A stretch of DNA of 64,000 nt from Camelus dromedarius (taxonomy: Eukaryota). The stretch is from contig NC_087436.1 of NCBI RefSeq assembly GCF_036321535.1, positions 65,970,001 to 66,034,000 of the forward strand. The letters are read 5' to 3'. Positions 12,355-25,559 of the stretch are shown piece by piece. Numbering within the stretch: the stretch's first letter is position 1; every line of letters begins with the position of its first letter. The notes under the pieces were generated by a model. The model ran no database searches. It had not been told where the DNA came from and saw only the letters and a program-made list of their open reading frames with translations. The translations under genes and the position numbers were made by a program.

Positions 12355-12514
12355 GGGGAAGGGTACAGCTCAGTTGTAGAGTGCATGCATAGCATGCAAG
12401 AGATCCTGGACAGTCCCCAGAACCCCCATTAAAAATAAATAAATAAACAAACCTAATTACACCCCCCAATAAACAAACAAAAAAATTAATAAATAAAATA
12501 AAAATTAAATAAAA
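12355..12514 (+). mobile_element. tRNA-Ala-derived SINE of camelid (vic-1-like) type
   Basis: The head ggggaagggtacagctcagttgtagagtgcatgcatagcatgcaagagatcctggacagtccccagaaccccca (12355-12428) has an A-box remnant and a damaged B-box. It is followed by aaataaataaacaaacctaattac-C-run and an A-rich tail. Confidence 0.88.
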
Positions 12515-12531
12515 GCATGTATATAATCTCC

Positions 12532-12898
12532 TATTACAGACTGAATATTTGTGTCCCCCCAGTTCATGTGTTGAAACCCTAATCCTCAATATGAGGGTAT
12601 TTGGATGTGGGCCCTCTCGGAGGTAATTAGGATTAGATGACATCCTGTGGATAGAGCCCACAGGTTGGACTGGTGTCTTTATAAGGATATGAAGAAAACA
12701 GGGCTCTCTTTTCCATGTGAGGATACAACAAGAAATGTCCCTTCTATAAACTAGTAAGAGAGCCCTTACCAATAACCTAGCCATGTTGGCACCTCATCTT
12801 GGACTTCTCAGCCTCCAGAATTATGAGAAACAAATTTCTGTTGTTTAAGCCACCCAGGCTATGGTATGTTGCTAATACAGGCTGAACTGACAAAGACA
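12532..12898 (+). mobile_element. MaLR solo LTR (MLT1A-like)
   Basis: gactgaatatttgtgtcccc..gttgaaaccctaatcctcaat..cttggacttctcagcctccagaattatgagaaacaaatttctgttgtttaagccacccag..aagaca. Confidence 0.88.
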
Positions 12899-13059
12899 TA
12901 TTCCATATCCTATGTCAATGAAAGTAAAGAAAACTAGGGCAGGCAGATTTAAATACACTGTAATATGCCCTTACTTATATTATAGAACTTGCATATGTGG
13001 GAGTCAAAATAAACACTTTTTAACATTGATTATACAATTTATTTTCTTTCATTATAAAC

Positions 13060-13140
13060 TTTATATATATATAAATATTTATATATATAAATATATATAA
13101 ATAATATATATATTTAATTTATATATAATATAATAAATTA
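13060..13140. repeat. (TA)n / AT-only low-complexity tract
   Basis: About 80 bp consisting only of A and T. Confidence 0.9.
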
Positions 13141-14637
13141 GCTGTAAAATTATTAAATTACTAGGGAAAATATGTAGGAATAAAATATAATATACAGAAA
13201 ATGGCAAAAAATTAAATATTAAGCCAAAATACAAAGAAAATGCCAGTAATAGATATAATATAATGTGTATATATACATATCCACCTGTAAAGATGAACTA
13301 GATCTTTATAAACAGGTGAATTGCAAAATAAAATTTTTAAAACCTAGATACATATTCTAGTTTATCTTTCAAGAGGCATAAACATGTGACTGATGAAGAC
13401 ATTTGAAAATGTTAAAAATATATAAGAAAAATTCCTTAAAAAGCAGGTGCAGCAGTACTAGCACAGGTATAGCAGTAGTACTTTATAAAGAGAGCACATG
13501 ATTGTATAATACACTAAAGGACCCTTTTATATCAGTAATATACATGCCACATCAAACATTTATTTTTATTAGACAAAAATATAACATTGAAATACATTAA
13601 AATAAACAGATTGCCAATAATTTCTGGGTTTTTTTCTGTTTTCTTAAGTGAAACTTACTACAGCTCACTGAAGTTAACCATGTGTACTGCTAGATTTGTC
13701 AGAGTTTGTTGGATGAAGCATAAGTGCCTGACCTAAAAGTCAGACTATGAGTATTTTGATGAAAACAATCTCCTTATGTTCTATGACAAATGACTAAACC
13801 AATCACTTTCTTTCCAGAGACACGTGGACATGCCAACTACAGGTAAATATTATAATTCTGCATTTGTAGCCAGTGAGAGAGGACGGACAACTTTTTGAGA
13901 AAAATAAAACACAGAGTAGCCTACATTTGTTTCTGTGTCTGAATAAGTCACTAGGCTCCAGGTGACTTGGTATTGTCACATTTCTCATGTGGTAATAAGA
14001 AAGCTGAATAAATAATGGATAATCATGTAGCACTTAAAGAGGACAGACCGCAAAGTTTATATAAAATTAGGTATAGAATGTCTGCATTTTTTCCTCATTA
14101 TATTTCATAATAAAATACTTGGTAACTATATGCTTTAGGGAATTATTGTATTCTATTCTAAAATACATTTATATCAATAAACAAATGAAAAAAATAAAAT
14201 AAAAATTTCAAAGAAACCCAAGTGATGATTTGTTTATATAAACAAGTATACAGACTGAATATTACTATGTTGCATTAGGTTAAACAATTACGTTATAATA
14301 AATACATGTGACATATATATTACATTTTCATATATTGATTAATAGCAATCTGGAGGAGAAGCCAATGAGAAAAGATGAATATTTTAGGTAATTTGAAAAT
14401 ACAAAGACTGCATCCAATTTTTTATATTATTTTTAAGTAAGAAAACAGAAAAATGAAAGCAAATCTTGTAGGTATAAAATACGAAAAAGTCAACCCCACT
14501 CAGAATTTCTGAGTAAAGGATACAACAGAATAACCTTGAAAGTACCTCAGCAGGATGTCTGACACATAATAGACACACACTACATGTTATATCTCTCTTT
14601 AGAATTCAAGTTTTAATTTTCCTTGTTTTAGACATTC

Positions 14638-14750
14638 TAGGAGTCACAAACTGAAACTCCTTCAGACGGCAGGCAGGCCATGTAAGTAAGAAAAGTCAGA
14701 TGGTTGCCAGAAAATATGGAGTGGTGAGGACTGTGACAGGTGGAATGCTT
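14638..14750. mobile_element. MER102-like hAT-Charlie fragment
   Basis: caaactgaaactccttcagacggcaggcaggccatgtaagt..ggagtggtgaggactgtgaca resembles the recalled MER102 end. Confidence 0.55.
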
Positions 14751-16679
14751 ACATCATGACTGCTGCATTACACTTATCCTTGTGCATGTATAATAACCTC
14801 ATGAAAATTAGCAAGTCTGTATTTTTATTTAAGCTCTTCAAAATTTCAATTTTATTCCAACAAATTAATCTTACTTTCAACACTGTGAGGGACAAATAAA
14901 TCTTACTTGTGGAACAAAACCGGTTTGCAGCAACTGATTTTGGTAATGTCATAAGGTGATCATCGTAATTGCCATGTTTGATAATCTGCTTATATTGCAA
15001 GTAATAGAAGGGAGGTTCCTGGTTATTATGCTAACTTAAGCACTGGCAGATTAAGAAAAATGCTTGTTGACAACAAAGGATGCAGGAAGAGTCAATATGA
15101 CATAACGGAAATACAGGATAATAGCTATTATAAATACCTGCTAAAATAGTGATAATTGATTTCTTTAGTGTTCACTTTCCATACCTCACAGTGAAGGAGT
15201 TTAACAAGAAGTTATATAAGACCAATTTCAATTCTCAAGTTCTATGGTGAAAAACAAAGCATTGAAACTGCTTCTCAAAGCTCAAAGCTTTATATAAATA
15301 AACCAATTAGAATCAATTGACATGGTTTCTACTAGGGATAGCTAAGAAACAATCTCCCTAAAGACAATCGCTAGTTAATATTTATCTTTGTATTTTTGAA
15401 ATCAAATCATCACTTCTTGAAAAGATGAAGCCCTCCATCCTGTTAAAAAAAATTTAACCCAATAAGTTTTAAAATGAAATTTTGCATTGCCATGAAAAAA
15501 TCAATATACAAACTTGAGAGATTATATCTCTCTGTATGCATCATTCTGAGTAAAGATATGAGTAAACAATGTAGGAAGATAAGTATATTCTGCAGATGAC
15601 ATTAATTTTCCACTGAAATATTATCCATATTCATCTAGCTGATAGCATTGTATCATGCAAGGTATTTAATTATGAGTGAAAAACCAGAATTTAAAAACTC
15701 CTGCCTAATTTTTTCCAAGTATTTTTTAAATATTAACTCCCAAAGCAAATAAAACATATCTCTCGCTCTTTGGTAAGTATCTTACAGTAAAGGAAAAATG
15801 TACTTTTTATTAAAATGTAGTGGTCTTACATGTCAGTGGGAAATCTTCTGTCCCTGAGCACGTATCCTACCAAAGACAACATAATGATTAATAATAGAAA
15901 ATGCTATATGAATGGGTATCATAAAAGCTGCCAAAACTTTATCTTACATAGTCCCTTGAAGTAGTTAATGCAGAAAACTGTTATTTCATTCATGAGTAAT
16001 TTAGGAAACACAAAATGGAAGATGGGAGGTTGAGAAAGAAAAGATGCCATTTTCTCTAATCTAAGTTGTTCACAATACAAAAAAAAAAGTTATTCTCAAC
16101 AATGTACTCACTAGTTTGCTTTGTAGATTCTGATGCTACTCTGTGATCAAGCAAACTGGGGAAAGCTCAGGCTTCATTGCCTAGAAAAGTTTACATCTTG
16201 TGTTTCGCCTCTGAATTTTCTTGTCAGGTAAATTAACATCTGTGAAAGAGTAAAAACATGCAACTCTGTAGTAGGAATGTTTCCTGTGGACAAAGTTATT
16301 TATATTCATCAGTATCATAACTTATTATATATTACCAAAGAGCTTCCTTAATTTTCCAGCTGTGTTTTGGTAATGTACGCTGCAAGAAGATGGTATATGT
16401 GAGAAATATCTGTTGACATTTTTTGTTAGTATATGCCTAAGTCTAATGTATTTAGTGTAGGGCTAAGTCATAGATGGTTAAGTTTAATGTGTGACTCAAA
16501 AAAAATATGAACATGAAAAATAATAATGCTTTCCTTTTTTTATGTATCCTATTAAAAAGACAATCTGACTTACATAACAAAAAGGAATTTTATATTAATT
16601 TACTATTTAATTAGTATAATTTTAATGATACATTTTATAATAACATCAAAATATCACGAAATTTTAAAACTGATTCTGC

Positions 16680-18150
16680 TAATAGTAGGCTAATACTTAA
16701 GGCTAACCTCTCTACTAAGGATACCAAAAATGTGAATAAAATTAAACATCCTATTAATTCTAAGATATACATGAAATGCTAACAACATACTGAGGGGTTA
16801 CTGGGCCAAATTCTAGGAGAAGAGAAAGAGATGTATGTTTATACATCTAGTATAAAGCAATTTTTATATTGAGGGTATATTTCAATTCTGAAAAAGTCCA
16901 TCTAGAAGATTGAGCTTCAGATTGAGCAGGAGTGAAAAGCAAGGGAACAACATCAGTGTGCAGGGCCTGCTTACCTAAAGGGAGAGTCTAAGGTATTCTG
17001 GGATCCCTTATGACTACATCTTCGACTGAAAATGAAACAGAAGTAAAATTGTACTCTTGGGGACTTTGTGCCTAGCTTAATGCCATCTGGACAATGCAGG
17101 TTATTTTAAGCCTAGAACTTGGACTAAGATTGTCCTTGTCTCCTAGTGCCTCCATGCCATTTTGGTGTCTGGCACAGAAGTAAATAAAGTATATCTGCAG
17201 GAAGTTAATATCATCCTAGGTCTAAAATTGTTTGTATGAATGAAGTTTTAAATTTTATATCTAGTACACACTCAATGAAAACCAGGCACACAGGATATAA
17301 AATGCCATACCTGAGAGGCACAGAAACAATACACAATAGAAGCCAATTCAGAAAGATGTGAGATTTTGGAATGATCAGGTACTAATCCATTACACATTGG
17401 GAAAAAAATAAGACAAGCTTGAAAATATCTCTGGGAAAAAGAGATTAAAAAGTCACATACTAGATTTGAAAAAGAACCAGAGAATTTCTAGTACTAAAAA
17501 AATCCAGTAACAAATACCAAATTCTATACTCAACTAAGTTTGATAACAGACTAGGCACAATGGAATAGAGAAAGTGAGCTACTTTGAGGTCAGAATCTTA
17601 CCAAAGTATACAAATTTTCTAGAATCTTACCTGGAGTAATAAAAAAGAAAATACAGAGGAGGGAGTAAAATACATGAAATAGGAACGTCTAATATTTGTT
17701 TAATCTGAGACCCAACAGGAAAAGAGAGAGAATAGAAGAATAGCAGTATTTGAAGAGTTAATGGATGAGTTTTTTTTCAAAAGAATGAAAAATACCATAA
17801 ATTCTACAATCCCAAAGAATCCTGAGCAGAATAAATAAAAAGAAATTCCAATTAGATACTACTTTGTGAAACTTCAGAAACCAAAAATTCAGGAAATATT
17901 AAAGACTGAGAGATAAAATGGAAGATGTCCTTTAAAGGAGTGAAAGACTTTAATTTCCAAAACCCAAAATTGTCTGCCCAAGATAATGGAATCACTAATG
18001 CACCACAGATAATTGACTGTATTCCATTATTCTATAATTCACATTCAGAAAGTAAAAGACACAGAGAAAACCGTGGTCATTTCTGTGCAAATAAATCTGA
18101 TAATTGTGATGAACTTGGGAAATTTCTAGGAAAAAATATAAATTACTAAA
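16680..18150 (+). mobile_element. Ancient L1M/HAL1-type 5' region and ORF1 remnant
   Basis: A-rich ORF1-like motifs: gtctaatatttgtttaat..aggaaaagagagagaat..agcagtatttgaagagttaatggatgag..cctgagcagaataaataaaaagaaattc. Confidence 0.65.
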
Positions 18151-19054
18151 CCTAAACCAATGCAATTACCAACATATTTACTCTTTTCCTTCTTTCCTTC
18201 CCTTTCTTTTCCTTTTCTTCTTAGGCCTTCCTATACCTCTACCCTTTCATCTGGGATCATTTTCCCACTGAGAAATAGGCTATAATACTATTTTTTAGTA
18301 GCCCTTTTAGTACAAGAATTTCCAGTGACCAATTATTTTAAGTTTTTTGTAAAACTTTCTACATTTAGCCTACATTTTGAAGGATAATTTCATCGAATAT
18401 AGCATTCCAGATTGGCAATTTTATTACTGCAGCTTCTTCATTTAAAGATGTGATAATAATATTTCCTCATCCCATTTTTTGTTGATGTTGAAAATATCAT
18501 CAGTTTTATTGTTGCTCTTTTGCACTAAATGTATATTTTAACCAGATACTCTTTTTTGATAATTACTCATTTTTAGTGTAAATATTTGCTGTGGTATAAC
18601 AGGGTGGTAGATTTGATTATTATTTACACTTACATCCCTTTGGTAAAATCAAATATCCATGCCCTGCAGCACTTTTAGGCTTTTCAATGCCTCCCAGTAT
18701 ATGATTAGAAGGAACTTTTCCACCCAGGACTTTTGGAAGCTACCGAAGATACTCTAACTTTCAAAATTAGCTTTTATGTGTTCTTAAATGGCCCTTAATT
18801 TTCCATTATCCCTCTGCAGTGTATCAATTTCAATTAGAAATAACTAGTCAACTTTGCTGTCATTGTAAGGATTCCTTGCTCAACCCCATCTTTTCCGAAT
18901 CATCATGCCTCCAAGGGTGTTCCTCCTTTCAGTGTGCTTTCTAATGAGGTCAGCAGTGGGCTGTGTTCACCATATCACTGACCATATCATTTTTATGGCA
19001 GTGGGTGAGCCAGTCTCAGTGCTCCATCACACCACCTGACTTCTTAGACCACAC

Positions 19055-19525
19055 ATGGTGCCACATTTTTAGATCCTCTGAGAAACAGACAACCAGATAG
19101 ATTTAGTTATGCACAAGATTTACCTGTCAAATTCCTATCAAAGAAAAATGGAGAAAAGGGTGGAGCCAAACTATGTATTGGGGACATTCAGAACACACAC
19201 AGGTCTGCCATTAGTAAAAGTAAATGTGGAAGAAAGGTGAATTGTGTCCTAAGAGGCTCAGATTGAGGTGCAGAAGCTCAGTTTGTTTTGGCCAGGCTGA
19301 TGAGGAGTTCTTAATGAAAGATACCTCTTGGAGGAGTTCTACCTTTCACAGGTTGGGGCCTCCATTACTATCCCCACCATGCTCAAACACTGGCTGGGCG
19401 TAGCTTAGAGAGAAAACGGCAGCTGTGTAATGCAGTAGTGAATTTAGTCGAATGGCAGCAGGGGCTATCAGTGAACATTTTCTTCACAGCAGTAGACCTG
19501 AAAGGTACATTTTCATGGCCACCAC
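19055..19525 (-). mobile_element. ERVL LTR (LTR16-like)
   Basis: tcctctgagaaacagac..ttggccaggctgatg..ccccaccatgctcaaacactggctggg..ggcagcaggggctatcagt..catggccaccaca. Confidence 0.7.
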
Positions 19526-21389
19526 AACTGGACAATGCAGTAAATGCTAAAATAATGTAGCGATTCTATTCTGTTATGTCCTTTTCTCTATTGCTGATTT
19601 TATGTCTACTAGGTAATTAATATTTCTTAAACTCATACTGCAAACTCTGCCTTTCATACAGGGTGCATTAGTTGATGTATCTCCTCAGCTCTTTTGGCTT
19701 CTGGAGGTTGATATTTTGGCCTGGGTTTCCTTGGGGTTCTTGTTGTGCCTGTTTAGTTTAACAGTCAGCCAAGGATTGGGGCTGAGTTTATTTTCATATT
19801 TTAAAACTCAGTACTTCTGCAGTTATCTTGCTTCTGATGTTCAGTTCTCCCCTAAATCTCCAGCTGACCTGTCATCTCAGAGCTCTGTGTTTAGACATCT
19901 TAAGCTACAAAAGTCTCAATTTGATGCTGCCTAAGATGCATTCAGGTTGGAAAACTGAATTCACTATAAAAGCAAAAATTCAAAAACCTCATCTGGTGCA
20001 CTTTTGTCTTTCAGATGTAGAGTCCTTGCTTTCTGGTTGATTGTTTGCAAAACTCCCAGGTGTTTCCTCTAGGCATTCATATTTGGTAGTCAGCAGAGAT
20101 TTGGGCAAAGTTAATGCTCAGCATTGGAGTTTTACCCTTTCTACAGTTCTCTTACCATCAAAGTCACACTCTCCACCCCAACTCATGCTAATTATCCAGC
20201 TTTTCTGATAGCACTGAACACTGATAACTGCAATTTGAGCCAATAAATTTGACCTAAAAAACAAACTACCTGACTCAATTCCCTGTCTTGAGTTTATTTT
20301 GGATAGTACCAAAACTAAAACACCACTCTGTGGTTTAGTTACTAGTTTCTGGACTCCCTTCTTCCAAGAATTAATTGTAGGATAATCTCTTTCAGACTCT
20401 AACTTCAGGCCACATAAAATGATCAGTGTTCTTATACAAGAAAGTTCCAGCACTCATTGCTTCACTGTAAATCTCCTACTTTTAGTTCTGATGATTTGGT
20501 TTACTGATCTCATTTGAGTCTGTCAAATTGTTTTGACTTCACGGTTTTGACAAAATTACCCTATATTTTGACTTATTTATTCATGTTTCTCAATGATTCT
20601 CTCTTTTTCATTAAGAAATCTCTATGAATAAATCTATCCATACAAACCTGCTTTCATAGTAAATCCTAGGATTTATTTCAACTCAATAGTTCAACTGAAC
20701 CAATCAGCCCAATCTAGTTAAAAAGCAACAAAAAAACATTGTGGGATATCACCCTCTTCTTCATGGCTCTAGAAGAAGCTCTCTCTTCTCTCAGCCTGGT
20801 GTAGATACTTCACTCTAATGCTAAGTCATCGGAAATTTAGTTTTAATTTTTAACAATTAAGAGCACAACTCTTGTGAAAATAATTGTTAATGATTTTGAA
20901 ATAACACTTGAACCACTTCCACAATATGAAAATTAATTGAAAAAAAATTACTTGTTTAACATCATGCTTTTACTTTCATGTATTCCAAATTAAGTCTTTT
21001 CTCCGAATATTTCAATGATAAAATATTAAGATCCCTTATCGCTGCTAATCTGTTTAGGGGCATTCCTGTGCAACTGCATTTAAAACCAAAAATGTCATAG
21101 TGATTAGGAGGAAAAAGAAGTAATATGTAATATATTTGGTAATTTTCAAGTAAACCTTAAACATTAAAAGAGATTAAATAGTTTATGATAAATTGGCAAT
21201 GTTAAAACAGGGTGCTGCATAAAAATGAAATGAATGGTTATCTTACAAAAAGGAAGAGAATGTAGAGATTTAGAGAAATAGAAGTATTATTGCATCTTTC
21301 TTTAGTCATGTACAGTCTAATCTCTGTGGTAAAAAGTGACATGTTATGTGATATATAATTCTTTTTCTGGAAAATACTTGTAATATTTG

Positions 21390-21910
21390 TAATCTTTTAT
21401 TCTGATATAACTTAAAACTTACAGAAATATATGAATATAATTTAAAAATTGCCTGTCTGCCCTTTAACTATACTCAACAATAAATTCCATTTCCCCAGCT
21501 ATTTGTCTTACTAACATGTCTCTATATGTCTAAGGATTTGAGTTTTCCTAACGATTTTAATGTTTAGCAGTTTTTCATGTGTTTATCAGCAATACATATA
21601 GCTTATTTGTAAAGTGTTTGTTCAAATATTTTACCCAGTATTTATTGTATTGTTTGTTTTCTTATTATTGAGTTTTGAGATATCTTTATATACCATTGAT
21701 ACAAGTCCTTTAACAAATAAGTGTTTTGCAAATATTTTCTTCCAGTCTCTTTCTTGTCTTTTCATTTTTCCATCAGTGTCTTTGGAGGAACATAATTTTT
21801 TTTATTCTAATGATATATGGTGTTTGGGGTATAATATCTTAGAAATCTGCCTAACTTAAAAACATGAAGATTTTTTTCCTATGTTTTCTTGTATAAGTTT
21901 CACAAATAAT
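21390..21910 (-). mobile_element. Old L1M fragments (ORF2 3' part/3'UTR)
   Basis: ttcttattattgagttttgagatatctttatata..gatacaagtcctttaacaaataagtgttttgcaaatattttcttccagtct. Confidence 0.8.
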
Positions 21911-23339
21911 TCATTTGAATGCTTTATTTTTTATAATGAATTTGCTGCATATCATGAAAAAATAAAGGCAAAATTTCTCCAATATACAATATGACTAACA
22001 GTGTTCTAATGACAGTGACATTTATTTCAAAAATTGTATACCATGAATTTAAAGAAGTTAATATATGTAAAACTTTTAGAGTGGAGCTTGATTCATAATT
22101 GACATAAAGTAGCATGCTATGCAATTAAATGTGTTAATATAGCTAAACTGTTTTAATAAAAGTGTGATACACAGTAAGCTTATAATAAAAAAGATACTAA
22201 TAAAACTGTAAACACATACCAACATGTAATAGTCATTATAAAGAATTTTTAAATATTATTATTCTTTCATATTTGTGATATCAGGGTGATAATTGCATTT
22301 ATAAATCTTTTAACAAATGAAAAGCTTAGAGAAGAAAATTATTGATCGACTTATTAATATAAACAGTAAAATCATTGGTATTATAGAAAATTGGCAAATT
22401 TCTGATTAAAAATTATTTTTAAAAATCTATGTAAAGAGCACTCTAACATTCTGTCTTGTATATTTTCAGTTGATTAAAATACATTTTCTATACTTCCCAT
22501 CTTGCTTTTATTTAATAGTTGATTACACTTTGCTAAAAAAATGCACTCATAAGGATGAGTCACCTGAGACTTTGAATAATGGAATAACTACTGTATTAAA
22601 GTGATGCTGAAATTGTCTTAAGCTAGAAAGCAATTGACAGCTTTATAGACTTTATATCTAAATTGCCAGTGTTTTTTGTTACACATTCATTACATTCATA
22701 TTGAAGCAACAATATTAAAAATAAGAAATGTACTTAGCAGTTAAATTTTTGAGATGATTTCCAAAAGTAACTTTTTAAATTAGGTGTTTTAAACTCCCGA
22801 AGCCTAGTGTAGCTTTCTGCTTATGTGGCCAAATGATCAATTCATTCATTCACTGTAACACTTTCAAAGTGAATGTGGGCATGTCATATTAAAAACATAG
22901 ATTTTGAAGTATTCCCTAGTAGGTGTGAATGCAAAATCTACCACCACTGACACAAATTTGGAATAAGTATTTTCATTATATATTTGATTTTCAATTATAT
23001 TCTGTTATATTTCTCAATTTTACCTCTTAAAAATTACTTACTATTAAAGAATTCTCATGATGAATCATAAATACCCATATACAGGAGTCACATAATCAGT
23101 ACTTAACTAGGAAATGGTGTACAATCAAAATGTCTTTCTGTTTTATATGGACACACACACGTAAACACACACACATAAGCTTAATGACTGATCCCTCTTC
23201 ATGTAGCTCTATAGAAAACTGTCTTGTAGGCCAAGGATTTTTTTTAACGTATGTCTTTTTTTAACAAAAAATGTGACATATTATTTTGGATCTTAGATCA
23301 GAAAAAAAAAATTAGTGAGAAAAATGTGAAAAGTCTCCT

Positions 23340-23536
23340 TTTTTAAAATTGTAGTATAGTTAGTTTACAATGTGTCAGTTTCTGGTGTATGGCATAATTT
23401 TTCAGTTATACATACACATATATATATATTCATTTTCATATTCTTTTTCATTACTGGTTACTATAAGATACTGAATATATTTCCCTGTGCTATGGAGATG
23501 AAACTTATTGTTTTATCTATTTTATATACAGTATTT
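23340..23536 (-). mobile_element. Short 5'-truncated L1 3'UTR with target-site duplication
   Basis: Closely matches the reverse complement of 5290-5480. Flanked by aagtctcct at 23331-23339 and 23537-23545. Confidence 0.92.
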
Positions 23537-24638
23537 AAGTCTCCTGTCTCCTGTTTTTAAAATATACTCATTGCAGTACTTACAGTATAGTGTGTGTTAT
23601 ATATATAAATATATATATATACATATGCTAATATTGATGAGAAAGAAGGAGGGAGAAAGAAAAGAGGAAGAAATAAATTATAAATTAAGTAAACATGATA
23701 CAATATTTGGGAAATCTATGTGTAACGGTTATTCAGGAAGTACTTTTGTAACTTTTTAAAAATATGAATTTTTCACAATAAAATATTTGGTAATTGGTAC
23801 AACTTCAGTGCTGTATTTTTAAAGAATAATATAAATATTTCACAAAATTGTTCATGTTTCTATAAATTAAATGATAATGATCATATATAATTTCTCATGA
23901 AATTCTACAGCAATGAAGGAACCAAATCAATATACTTGCAAATAAAAAGTGACATGTATTATCCATATTCAATGAAAATTTCAAGCAATTAAATTGCCTT
24001 TTTATAACGTTCATATGCTCAGTCCCCTATCATTTTATCTATCTCTAGTGTTAGCTGATTTTAGATTTATGTATTTTTTGATGTGCTTACCCTATACCAA
24101 ATGTTCTCTGACAAATTATTTACAAATGTCAATGCTCTGTGTTAAATCAGGTGATGTTTTAATTTGTCATACTTACTTCTCATTTATTTTCCCTTGTGTC
24201 TCTTCATAGTTACTGCAGAGATCAGTTTAAAGTTTTAAATTAAAAAAAAAAAGAGAGAGCAAACTATGAGATATTGATTAAACTAGTGAAGTGGTCTGTT
24301 GATAGCACATCATCCATAATTAGCTACATTAATTTAATTCACTCAGAATTTTCCTATTTATGTTTTTCTATGCTTGTTTACATAGGAAAATTTAGTAAAA
24401 TAATAAAAAGTCTTATATAGTCATGCATAGAAGAATCTTGGAATCTAAAGTTAACTGAGACTTAATACTTGATTTGTACCTCAATCCATGACAACATTTG
24501 ATATAGGGAAAAGGGATGATTTTGTTGTAAAAGAAGGGAAACTATTAGTATAAATTTTACTGTTTTATTATGTAAGAGATTAATATAATCTGCTGCATTT
24601 TCCCTGGTAGATTCACCTATCCTTCAAAAGCCTAACAT

Positions 24639-24666
24639 AAGACCAATAAATAAAGACCAATAAATA
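24639..24666. repeat. 14-bp perfect tandem duplication
   Basis: aagaccaataaata x2. Confidence 0.9.
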
Positions 24667-25559
24667 CTCTATGGAGAAATCAGCCATTGATACCATAACA
24701 CTCAGGAAGAACTTCTTTCTCTGGAATCTTACTTTATTGTTCTGTCCATAGCTCTCAAATGTAGTTAAAATTATTATTTTTGTAATTTACCTGTATTTCT
24801 GTGTGGCAACAGGATCACTGTCTTGCTTCTGCTTATTATATTTTTTTCCAGGGATACAATCCAATTACATTTAATGTTTGAGGTTAAATCTATCAATTAT
24901 GTTTCTCCCCCATTTGACCTCCTTGTTATTTAGTTATTAATCATCCTATTCTGTTCTTTTGTTGAATTTTATTCAATCCCACTATTTAGTATTTATGAGG
25001 GGTTTTTTAATCATTATTTTAGTGTTTGAACAACAACAACAACAACAAAAAAAACACTTGCTACATTTTGATGGAAGGCAAATATACATTTCCCAGAAAA
25101 CACAAAGACCTTGGAACATTTCACATACAACACCGCTTTGACTTACATGCCATTTTATGTATGTTTTAATTGTTTCTACATGTTAACTGCTACTTTACAA
25201 TATTCATTTACATTTATGCAAACATGTGGCTCATTTTGCTCCTGAAGAATTATCTTTTTCTGTACTCTCCTCCTATTTCATCACACTTTACACCAAACTA
25301 TCTTGCCCTTATTAATATCACACATGATCATGGACTCATTGGACAGATTGCTTGTACCCAGCTTCTAATTATTCATTAGCCACTTGACCTTTCATAATAT
25401 ACTTAGAGTAACTATACCATAATTTTCTCATCTGTGTAGTGAGTCTTTATAATAATGCTATGTACTTCTTATCTCATTCTAAGAATTAAATTTGTTAATT
25501 ATATTTAATGCACTTTAAAAAGCATCATATTAAGTCTTACACTTGTGTTATCTATTTTT

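Noticed and set aside
12355..12428. Functional tRNA-Ala gene
   Set aside because: The B-box/T-arm is damaged, and it is followed by a SINE body and A-rich tail rather than a T-run terminator.
12197..12784. Longest ORF in the window (195 aa, minus strand)
   Set aside because: It runs through an MLT1 LTR, a SINE and an L1 3'UTR, so it is a chance frame across three repeats.
15645..15662. Sox-Oct composite-like motif (cattgtatcatgcaag)
   Set aside because: The spacing and the octamer half deviate from the consensus, so this is expected by chance in AT-rich DNA.
17592..17631. agaatcttacc direct repeat with 18-bp spacer as a CRISPR-like unit
   Set aside because: There are only two short copies, inside a decayed L1 in mammalian DNA, with no array and no cas genes.
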